Positions 47,101-57,364 of a stretch of DNA of 64,000 nt are shown here, one piece after another (the stretch's first letter is position 1; each line of letters starts with the position of its first letter). The DNA lies in NCBI GenBank assembly GCA_010093745.1, contig MU005965.1, positions 62,001-126,000 of the forward strand, in the 5' to 3' direction. The DNA comes from Piedraia hortae CBS 480.64. Lineage: Eukaryota. Position numbers and translations under genes: made by a program. Below the pieces are notes generated by a model. It was not told the DNA's origin and searched no databases. It saw only the letters and a list, made by a program, of their open reading frames with translations.

Positions 47101-50100
47101 TCGTCCCGCGCACACAGCCTCGCCGTAACAGCCCATACCATTAAAGGGTAGACCAACATCATCCAAAAGGAGGTTAATGCTAGCAAACAACTTAAGGAAC
47201 AGTCAGCGCTCCCCAGAATCAAGTGCAAAGTGACGGTTACTTAAAACCATCACTGTTGATCGGGAATCCAGACCCTGCGTCCGACAATTTCAGAAGGTGT
47301 TCAAGATGAGGAAGGGCAGTTAGCAAGTGTCTGCCAGTACCCACAACCTGCTCGCCGCATCCTGAGGAGATACAAGCCAGCAATGTATCGACTAGGCCAG
47401 AGAGCACGACGACCATGGCGGTCCTAACCAAGAATGACGCAAACAGCAAATACTTCAACTGCCCCGCGCGTGGCGAAGGAGATTGTATCCGGCGCTACGC
47501 CGAATGGGAAAGGAAGATGGGGACAATGGCCTACTGAGGTCGACATCAAGAAGCCTGTCCCCATGATAAAAACTTCACTCATCTGCGTAATGAGGAGTGT
47601 CGTCCCTGTAAGTAGCCCCAATAAACCACAGCAACGAGCTTGATCGCTAACGTGTCCAAAGGTATAAGCGCCCGTCTCACGCAAGAAATGCGTGACGCGG
47701 AAATGAAGAAGGCTGCGTATGTGAAGGGAGGGCTTGGTTGTACTTTAAAGACCGCAAGGCAGGTAAGTGGATATCCGACTATCTTCGGACCGTGGGCGAG
47801 AAGGTTAACAAGGACGAGAAATGCGGACGATGCCCAGACGAATGGAGATGCCACGCTGTTCCTTTCACGAGCATTCGACAGCCCAATGTGGCACTGCAAA
47901 ATCTTCTACCCCCTCGGCATGGGCAAGTGGCCGCTTGTCGGTGATTCAAGCGAATACGGTGAGATTTTCTTTGAACGATCGCGCCTGATTTTCCAGCAGG
48001 ATTTCCCCAGCACCCCGGCAGGCGTGGAGTTGAACGTGATTCGGCGCGCAGAGCGTCAGTTGACCCACCAGGGCCAACGAAAGTCGAGGAGAGAAAATTT
48101 GAATGAAGAAATTGGTGATCCGTTTGGTGTTCCTGGGATCTCATCGTCTCCACTGTTGTTGAGAAGTATCGGTGCCATACCCCGGCCTGATAAAAAAGAC
48201 TATGTGAAGAAAAATCCTGTATAGCAAAATACTCAAAGAGCATAATAAAGAGGACAGTGGAGCAATGGAGTAATATTTAAAATTGTGTGAACAAAGAAGC
48301 TACTTGTATATAAGCTCGCTGCTGAGCATCAGAGAAGATAATTTTGTGAAATTCAATCTTCAGAACGATTACGTTAAGCAACAACTATCTTCCAACACGG
48401 ACATTTGCTGCGCTGAGCAATGAGGGCTTATCATCCTTCAAGCGTGCTGCGATATCGATCAGGATATCGAATGGAAGAAGGGTCATTCAGTTGTTTGCAG
48501 TGAGTTTTATTTTTAATGTGTGATGGTCTTGTGACCGAATTCTTGGAAATCATGATTTAGAGAGATGACTCTCTCATCGCATTGAGACTAGCTCCAACAC
48601 CGTTTAATCGTACGTATTGCGACAACCTCGAACACCCATTGTACGCGTCCACGGAGAATCCCCAACGCTTCCAGTAACATTGCCCGCAAGAACAGCACAC
48701 TCAAGCGCTATGGAAACACAAATGTCCTTGCCATCAGGAGGTAATTCACCATCGCACAGCACGTGGAGATATGTACATCCCCGCGTGACGCAGCAGGATG
48801 CATCGACGGGACGAATACGGCCAAACCCGCAAGATGTGATATGATATCAATCTCCGGGGAATATGATATTGTCAGAGGTGTTTTATCATGTTGTCTTGCG
48901 CAACCTAACATCATGGTGATAACTACTCTTTGAAGTTCAATATTTCCTGACATCTCTTTGCAACGTTCCATCAGATATCGCAATGATATTCCCGGGAGGA
49001 TTTTCTGACAATCCCGCAAAACAGTCATGGGAATATTTCCTAGTACAACGCCGCAACGTCTTCCCGCCTATCACTAGGGTCTTTTCTGAAGCATCATTAT
49101 TATATCTTTTGAATATGCTTTGGCTACTGGCTACCATATCACTATGATGGTATTGACTTGATATGCCAATTCAACAGCCTAGGTTGTCTAGGTGTCATAC
49201 CCCTGAAAGTTCATGGGCTCATTAGAGCACCCAGCTCCCAGATGCTACATGACCATCATTTCTCCTCGCCCAAAATCCTTTACGTTCGTTCTCGAGTTCT
49301 TTCTCTTTTTCAGGTAGATGTTAGCAACGCAGTCGGGTGAGGGAATGCGATTTAACACGTGGATATGGTATTGATGTGAGCACTGAACAATGTCTCAGGA
49401 ATTTAGAATCAGGATTGGAAGAAATGACCTGGGCGCTGATAACCCAAAGGGCGAGGAAATCACAATTCGTCTCCAGCTATCGTTGGAAAAACATTCAAAG
49501 CATTATTGTGGCCGCAGAACATTGTATAAGAGTTTTGTAGATAATTGAGAATTGAGAACGCTGTGAACGACACTAGGCTGGAAAGAGAAATTTTACTCGA
49601 AGCTGGGGGTCGCAGTGCAGGGAAGAAGGAGCCTACAGTGGCAGTGCTACATGGATCTCATGGCTTAGATGGCTCCTGTGGAATAATGACGCTGATAATG
49701 ATGCTAATAATAATAATAACAATAATAATAATAAATCTTGAGCAATACTGACGCTCAGGCAATTTATATCACATTCTTATAAGATGAGCCAGGCAATGAC
49801 TTGGATGCCTTCATATCGAACATAAGCCAGCCTTCGCATGGAATTCCAGGATCATCTAGGTCTTCATTCGGGGCCTCGGATGGCTTTACATCGGCTTGAT
49901 CTGATCCAGCACTCGGAGCTGTCAAGCATCATTCTCGGTGGCTCTTAAGCCAGCTCCCTTGCATCGAACTCATCGATGGAACTTGACTGTTGCTAAGGGA
50001 TGGAAAACAGGGGAGGGGAAAGACTAGGGCTAGGTGCGGGTTCAGAGTCTCATAGAACGGAGACGAACCGGATGGGAGCCCTGAGGGGCATGCAGTTCTG

Positions 50101-50210
50101 ACTATGTACCTAGTGATCGTGCAAGGGGCTCGATCGAGGGGCCCATCAAGGAATGCAGGTCTGGTTTTCTTGGTTCCCTTGCCTGCCTGGTGCTCTCTGA
50201 CTTTGTGCTC

Positions 50211-50735
50211 TCACAACAGTTTGTACTTGGGCTGAGTTGGCTGCTTTGGTTCGGCCGTTTTGTTTCCGGGCGTCGATAGCTCGCCCTCGGCCTGGTTCAG
50301 CGCTTCCAACAGTACTTCGTCCTCCAAATCGCTGTCATCATAGGATGTCTCGTCTGGATTGCGTTTCACTGCTGTACATTTCTGTGGTTTGGGATTCTTC
50401 GATTTAGGTTCCCCTGATGTATCTGCAACATTTTTGCGCTTGGTCTGCCCAAAAAAGGCCCCTAGATGGTATTGGTTGGTCAGATGTCCGTACTGGTCGC
50501 ATACCCTATCTCTTCCCAGTATTGGCTTTTCTTCTTTTTTGGCGCGCGATGCCTCCTCTGCTTCCTTCTTCCTCAATGCAGCCTGGCAATCTTTTTCTTT
50601 GATAAATTCTGCGCGCTGGTCTAACTCCATAGCCCGAGCCAGTTGGCGCTTTTCTTTTTCGGTCATGGTTGGATAGCCACGCGCTCTGTAGGCGGCTTTT
50701 GCTTGTCTACTGGTCATTGGTGGGATCTTCGACAT
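50211..50735 (-). CDS. Hypothetical charged protein, possibly truncated
   Basis: 174-aa ATG-initiated ORF, PPMTSRQAKAAY..coiled coil..LGAFF, resembling conserved fungal hypothetical proteins. Confidence 0.5.
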   Translation of the reverse strand: MSKIPPMTSRQAKAAYRARGYPTMTEKEKRQLARAMELDQRAEFIKEKDCQAALRKKEAEEASRAKKEEKPILGRDRVCDQYGHLTNQYHLGAFFGQTKRKNVADTSGEPKSKNPKPQKCTAVKRNPDETSYDDSDLEDEVLLEALNQAEGELSTPGNKTAEPKQPTQPKYKLL

Positions 50736-52369
50736 TGTGATGGTATATGCATCCGATCGTGCGTGATCGTTGATTGAAAAATAAGGACAGATGGAGTAGG
50801 CAATGGCTTGTGAAACACCTAAGTGTGTGTATGTGTGTGTGTGTTGTGGTGAGGTGAAGCAGCACTGTTGAGGAATGAATTAAATAAATGTCTTGGCAGA
50901 GTTTTGACCTCAGGCATCTTGTGGAGAGGGTCCCGCATTCGACACATCACATTGAGGTCACACTTTACGAGAGAGGCCACGCAATGCAAGAAGCCGATCA
51001 TCAATGCAATCGTCGGTAGTCTGAAGACGCAACTCGACTTCGCTGAATCAGGGTCCGATACTCACAGCCCGGAAATGACTGATAGGAAAAAGTTTATCGA
51101 ACTCACTGCAGCTCAAAAGTATTGTGAGAGATACTATTAATCTTTTATGTTGCTGTGAACCTACTTCACACGAGGAGAGTCTTAAGCGAAGACCTCGGGG
51201 CATTTGGGTGGCTGAAAAATATGTATGGGTCATTGCGGCCAGCTTGCAAGCATCAAATGGTGGCAGCTATGCTCACTATTTATTATTATCTACGTTTTTA
51301 ACAGCCTTGATTCTGACGACATCCCTGTCTACCCTTCAGCTGCACCGCTCGACCTTTCCGTATCTTGACGACAACTCTGACCATCCAAATTGCCATTCAC
51401 GAACATCTAAGGCCCCCTCATCTTTCAATCGGACGTACGAATCGTAGTATGTGTTCATTCGACAACCACCGGCCCAGCTGCTGGTTACCGACGTATTTCT
51501 GACATTGAAATTGGAGTCAAAAATTGCGAAGCCGCCACAAAGCGTGGCGTGATGACGCTCAGTTCTCCGTCTGGAGACACTGCCATATGCCGCATTCCGT
51601 CCCATAATTTCCACCGAGAAGTGCGACGACCCAAGAATGGCACTTATAGAGGTCATTGTGCTATTCATAATATCCGGGTAGGTTCTCATTGCCCACTACC
51701 ATTTGTTAGCTCCCCGGAGAAACTCACAAATCGGAGCTGCTTACCACTGCAAAGCTGTGATACGATATTGCTGTATTCGATTGGAGGTGGACATGCGGCG
51801 CTGTTGAAAGAGAGAGAGAAGACGAAGAATAGCAAAAGGAAGACGTGGGCCCACACTCTGGACACGAGTGTTCGCTATTATCAATCAACGGTTAGATATC
51901 ATAAGACACACTGGGAAAGAGCGTAGCCGTGGCAATACATACCGCACGCGAACTTCGGTTGGCGCTGTCAACTAATTCATAGGTGGAAGCAGTTGCCATC
52001 CTTCTTGCTGTTACCTGTGCAGGGTGCGTGAAACGTCATCGATCCCTGAAATGTGGACCTGTTTGCCGTACACAATCGCACTCGACGGGTTTAACTCCAG
52101 GTTGCAGGCTGGGACCACCTCGTATTTGGCGCCGGGCCCTCTCGAGCCTGAGAGAGAGCGTTGGTGGCTGATGTCCGCGCCCAACACAAATCAGCGCGTA
52201 TCAGTTGCCATTCGGTTGCAGTGGACCTAAATGACTACCGCCTCCACTGGCGAGGGCCAAAAACGATAGGCGCAAAGTAAGGCTGGACTTGTTTTCCGTG
52301 ACGGTTCTCTGAGGATAAGGTCATCCTGGTCGGCAGACTCTCCTCGGTATCAACATCAATTCTTCCAAC

Positions 52370-53258
52370 CTTGCCCAATATCCGGGTGCTATAAATGTCT
52401 CATAAGGTTCTCAGCGTGCCAACTATTCGCAATTTTGCACACATGTTACAGACATTCATCGTCACAATCGGATACCCACGAGGCCATTTTTGAGACCATA
52501 GGTACAATGGTCAACCTTCAAGAGCTTAAGATCGTCGTCGATTCAACTCCAGATATCTGGAGGTCATACGGCTCTTCACAGCACTTCCCACCATTTGATA
52601 GCATTGACAAAGCTGCGGAGCCTCAAAATCAGTTGGCCCCCAGAGGACGATGATCCATTTAGTCGAGAGTGCTGCGGTTTGTATGTATTTGACATCAAGG
52701 AGGTCGCACCGTGGCTTGGGGAGCTTGGGGAGCTTGGGGAGCTTCAACCTTGGACAGGGAGCGGCCTTAGAGGAGACACTGTGTTGACGTTGGGACAGCA
52801 TTGTCTCAAACTTACGTCACTATCTGGACTGGCTATGGATACTGAAGTCGTCAGTCTGCTGCATCACAGTCAGCGGCTGTTCCCATGCCTCAAAACGCTC
52901 ACGCTTGACCATATTGTTATGACCCCGTACGTCGACCACTCTTATGATTCGAAATCAAAAATTGTTCTTTCATGGTAAGTAATAAGATGTCAACGATGTT
53001 TCGGACATGGCCCACGAATTGAACAGGTTCGACTAGGAAAGGTTACACTTCTTGGCCCAGGTTCTGGAATACCATGTACCCGAACTCAAGGAATTCGTAG
53101 TATATGGTCACCTTGGTTTGTTTTCAAGGGCGATGGCTAAGCGGTTCGAGGCCGGAAAAAAAAATAGCAGAAAATATTCGCGAAGATATGGATGTTGGGT
53201 GAAAAGAATAGCTCTAGATGGTTGCAAACTTTCATCTGATATTTATAGTTTTAGATAG
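52370..53258 (+). pseudogene. C-terminal F-box/LRR paralogue relic retaining the family intron
   Basis: ttgcccaatatccgggtgcta; FETIGTMVNLQEL; GTAAGT at 52975 and ttgaacag at the same relative position as intron 9148-9201; YHVPELKEFVV matches YHASKLKEFVV. Contains stops, frameshifts and (GCTTGGGGA)x3. Confidence 0.75.
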
Positions 53259-53274
53259 GATACCCACGTCTGAC

Positions 53275-53697
53275 GAGTGCCATGTTGTGGATGTTGGGTT
53301 GAGGTTTGTTCGCAGCTCGCGAAGGTTGGGCAATTTTTTCGATGGTGGTGAAAATGTGTTCAGGTTGTTTGACAGTGAAATAAAATGTTTCGATGGCGGA
53401 CGAGTAGGTGGGAGGGGTTGGGGGTAGGGGAAATTCGTGGTATTGTTTCAGCATCCAGTTTTTTTGTGGGACTGGCTCGGGGGGCGGCATCCAGGTCTTG
53501 AGTGGAATTGATTTGGGAGGTGATGAGAAATTGTAGGTGGGTTGGCCGAATCCATGATACGGAAGTAGGCCATTGGGAACATGTCCCATGGGTAGGTCCC
53601 ACATGTTGTGATTTGGATTATATTCTGTTTGCGTGTGGGCGGGATGATGGCGTGAGTGGAAAATGGTTAGAGAATGAGAGATGCCGTGTCGAAGTTG
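53275..53697 (-). repeat. Inverted near-identical duplicate of about 43338-43761
   Basis: Both copies encode MWDLPMGHVPNGLLPYHGFGQ..; this copy has an extra A frameshift after TIEK. Confidence 0.95.
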
Positions 53698-54079
53698 CAG
53701 AGCGACATCTTGTTGACGGAAATGGAGAATTCAAGCTGAAACCAGCCGTAGATTTGGTCAGGTTGGCAGTAGCCACAAAAATCCAGCAGATGGTCGTGAA
53801 AGGCCAATCTTTGGCGTAAAAGGACGTAGAAGCGACTACATGCAAATGCACACTTATCTGGTCATGGGCGACAATTCACTGAGCAATTTAAACGGAGATA
53901 CCTCTGTTTTACTCAAAGACTCGTGGCCACGATCGCAGCTCATAGAACATGTCACGTCCCCACTCACCTGCGTCACAGTGCGCCAAGCTCCAGATTACCC
54001 CACAGCGCCGACAGCCCACAGCGGGGTCCCCGGTCGGGACTCCCCGCTTACCCCGCCGAACCACTCCACCACTTTCAAA

Positions 54080-55239
54080 ATGTCAACCAGCATCGCCTCC
54101 GTCCTCCACGGCCCCAAAGACCTCCGCCTCGTATATACCCCCTCCCACAACGTCACCCCGTCCCTCAACTAATCCCCAACCAGGAGCCCCGCTCCCTCCC
54201 AACACCCGCCCCCGACGAACTCCAAATCCGCATCACCGCAACGGGCCTCTGTGGCAGTGACCTCCACTACTACCACACCTTCCGCAACGGCTCCATCTAC
54301 GTCCTCGAACCCTTGAGCCTCGGCCACGAAAGCGCGGGCATCGTCGTCGCCGTCGGGTCATCCATTTCCCCCTCCACCTTCTCAGTCAACGACAAAGTCG
54401 CAATCGAATGCGCAATCCCCTGCTCAACCTGCAGTTTCTGCACCTCCCACCCAAGCCGGCAGAACCTGTGTCCCAACCTCCGGTTCCGCTCTAGCGGGAA
54501 GCTGTATCCACATTTCCAAGGGACGCTGCAGCAGAGAATAAACCACCCCGCACGATGGTGTTATAAGCTTCCTGAGCAGATGGGGTGTGAGATGGGGGCG
54601 TTGTTGGAACCGTTGGGAGTGGCGGTGCATGCGTGGAGGCGCGCCCAAGCGGAAAGGGGGGAGAGGGTTCTTGTTCTCGGTGCGGGGGCTGTAGGGCTGC
54701 TTTGCGCGGGTGTAGGGATGCTTCGCGGGATGGATGTCACGATTGCGGATCTGGATGTGGGGAGGGTCGGGTTTGCGGTGGAGAATCGCTTCGCGGGGAG
54801 GAAGGTTGTGTTGTCCCCGCCAGAGAAAGACGCGGGGGTGGAGAGGATGGAGGGGATAGCGAGGGAAGTGGGCGAGTTTGATCTTGTGATGGAGTGTACC
54901 GGCGTGCCGGCGTGTGTGCAGTTGGGTATTTATGCGGCTAGACCGGGGGGAAGGGTTATGCTCATTGGGATGGGACATCCCGTGCAGACACTGCCGATTG
55001 GGGCTGCGGCGCTGAGGGAAGTCGATCTACTGGGGGTTTTTAGGTATACGGATACGTATCCGGAGAGTATGGAGATTGTGAGTAAAGCGTTGGATGATCC
55101 GAAAGCGCCGGATATTGGGAAGCTCGTTACACATAGGTTTAGGGGACTGGAGAGTGTGCCCGATGCGTTTGAGAGGGCGGGAAAGAGTAGAGACGAGGAG
55201 GGGAATGTGGTTGTTAAGGTTATGGTCGTGGATGAGTGA
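54080..55239 (+). CDS. Zn-dependent MDR polyol dehydrogenase (sorbitol/xylitol/L-idonate dehydrogenase-like)
   Basis: Intron 54131-54183; motifs GLCGSDLHYY, LGHESAG, CSTCSFC..C, GAGAVG and GVFRY. Confidence 0.92.
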
Positions 55240-55620
55240 TTGACATTGATGGATGGGTTTGGCGGTTACGTCGAGAGACGAGCTCGTGTGTTCAGTCGAA
55301 CGCCTGTATCGTTCTATTTTCCTACCGGATTTTCCCACCTCCTGCCGAACGGTTCCCGGATGTTCGACTGCTCTGGGGTTACATCCGAGTCACAGTGATC
55401 TCGCCGAGGTGAAGGAAAAACGAGAATAATTAGCTTCTGAAGGCGGAGAGCCTACCACCCATTCACCCACTGTCGCCTGTGCGCTAAAGTTTAGCTTCAT
55501 AATCAGCGGAAGCACAGCGTAGTTCAACTTCCTGCATTCTCGAGTCAAACTCCCATCGTCAATAGACAGCTAAACAAACCCATAGACATAACTCATCATA
55601 GAACGCTCATACCACATTGA

Positions 55621-56540
55621 CTACGCCTTCCCCTGCTCCCTGAGCAGCATCTTCTCCTGATACCCCTTGAACACCTTCCCACTCAGATCAAACACGGGAA
55701 GCGGACACGGCAACCCAACCGTCTCACACATGGTCACAAGTAGGAGATACCACCCCATCACCATCGCCAGCACCCCAAACCTACATCATGTCAGCAACCC
55801 CTTCCCCCCCATCAATCAACAAGAGTTTTCAACTCACCCCCCTGCAATCTTCAACCTATGCAGCGCCCACTCCGCCGACTCCGTCGGGACCCCATGATGC
55901 GCACCGGCAATACTCGCAAACATCCCCGTCAGCGCAAAAAAGAACACAATGAAAACGACATTAACCCTTATCGACGCGATGGCAATCATCGCGCAGAAAA
56001 GCGCCATGATTGCGTAGTGAAACGTCTGGGAGGAGTTGTATATCTTCCCTGCAGGGCCTCCGAGTTTCGCGAACGCGGCGATGTTTTGCGTAATGGGGTC
56101 TTGTTGGTAAGCGATTGCGCCCCAGTGCGCGCCAAAGAGGACGAAAAGGGCGAAGGGGAAGGTGTTTCCTAGGATGAATTCCGCGAGGCCAGCAATGACC
56201 ATGCTGATGACGCCGATCATGTAGTAGTCCCCCAGGACGCCGACGGTGGAGTAGGGGGGCACGGCGCCGGCGGTGCCAAGGAGGCAGAGGACGGTGGAGG
56301 TTAGGGGGACGGTGAGGCCGATTGGACCTAAAAGGGTTGGGTTTGCTGGGACGGGCTTAGAGGGGTTTAGGGTGGATTTGGGGGGTTGGATGTACCGAAG
56401 CGTTTGGCATAGTCGCCGTGACGGGGCTGGTTGGGCTGGAAGAACATGCGCTCATATTGTGCTTGCGAGAGGTTGATGGTTACGTTGCGGGTTAGCTCAG
56501 CGCTGCCGGGGAGGTCGGAGAGGGGGATTTCGTCGGGCAT
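55621..56540 (-). CDS. GPR1/FUN34/YaaH (ATO) family acetate/carboxylate transporter
   Basis: Introns 56346-56395 and 55781-55837; spliced FANPTLLG, EFILGNTF and LPVFDLS motifs. Confidence 0.88.
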
Positions 56541-57364
56541 GGTTATTCGTTCGTCGACGCGTGTGTGAAGGTGGTGTTGTTGGTCTTGTATAGCGAAGTT
56601 GCTTGCGGGGGTGGCGCGCCTGAAATCAAGCCACTCGGCTATCGGTCATATAACTAAATAGACGTTGTTGACCCGCGCGGGGCGATGAAGATTGGTCAGG
56701 CGGTCTCGTCGGCTGGGCACTTCTAGACCTTGGTGGTTAAGGTCAGCCTTGGCTTGGGGTCGGAGCACGTTCTTGCTTCAGGGAAGAATTTCGCTCAAGG
56801 TCATGTCTTTCATGACCTTGTGGGTACGCATGTCGGAGCCATGCGAACGTTCCATCATGGGGACAGGGATGCGTATGCAAATGCATGTAATAAAAGCTGG
56901 GTCGTTGACACCGTCTCGGGGCGGTGGAGTGTCGCGACAGAACGGCGATGCTTTGGGTGGTCGTCAAGCCAAGAACTAACTGCGTGCTCCGGGTCCGCTG
57001 CTTCCGGTCGCACAAGACTTGGCGGTGTAACAAGGAGACTTGGAGCATTCTATAGACACCATCCACTTGTAGTCAGGCCTATATAAACGCTAAACAGCCT
57101 CCATAGGACTTCAAACCGAAAGCGTAGTATGATCGCGTAATGGCCAAAGCGGTGCGGACGAGATCAGCTCTATAAAACTGCATCAGAGACGTATAGGCAA
57201 GCACAAGCACAAGCACAAGCACGAACAAAACGGACAGCCGAGCAAAGGCAGTCATCCTAAATGCGGATGCCTGCAACAGGCACAACATAATGACCAAACA
57301 GGACGAGATATAGAAGAAATTATCCTCAAAAAATAGCCGACCAAACTCCCCAACCTCCATCTCC

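Noticed and set aside
41960..47231. CRISPR-like array
   Set aside because: The repeats are long, dispersed, inverted and irregularly spaced, in a eukaryotic context with no cas genes.
41400..53900. Starship-like or other giant element explaining the accessory block
   Set aside because: No DUF3435 tyrosine-recombinase captain, terminal repeats or target duplication is recognisable; the inverted repeats are internal and gene-derived.
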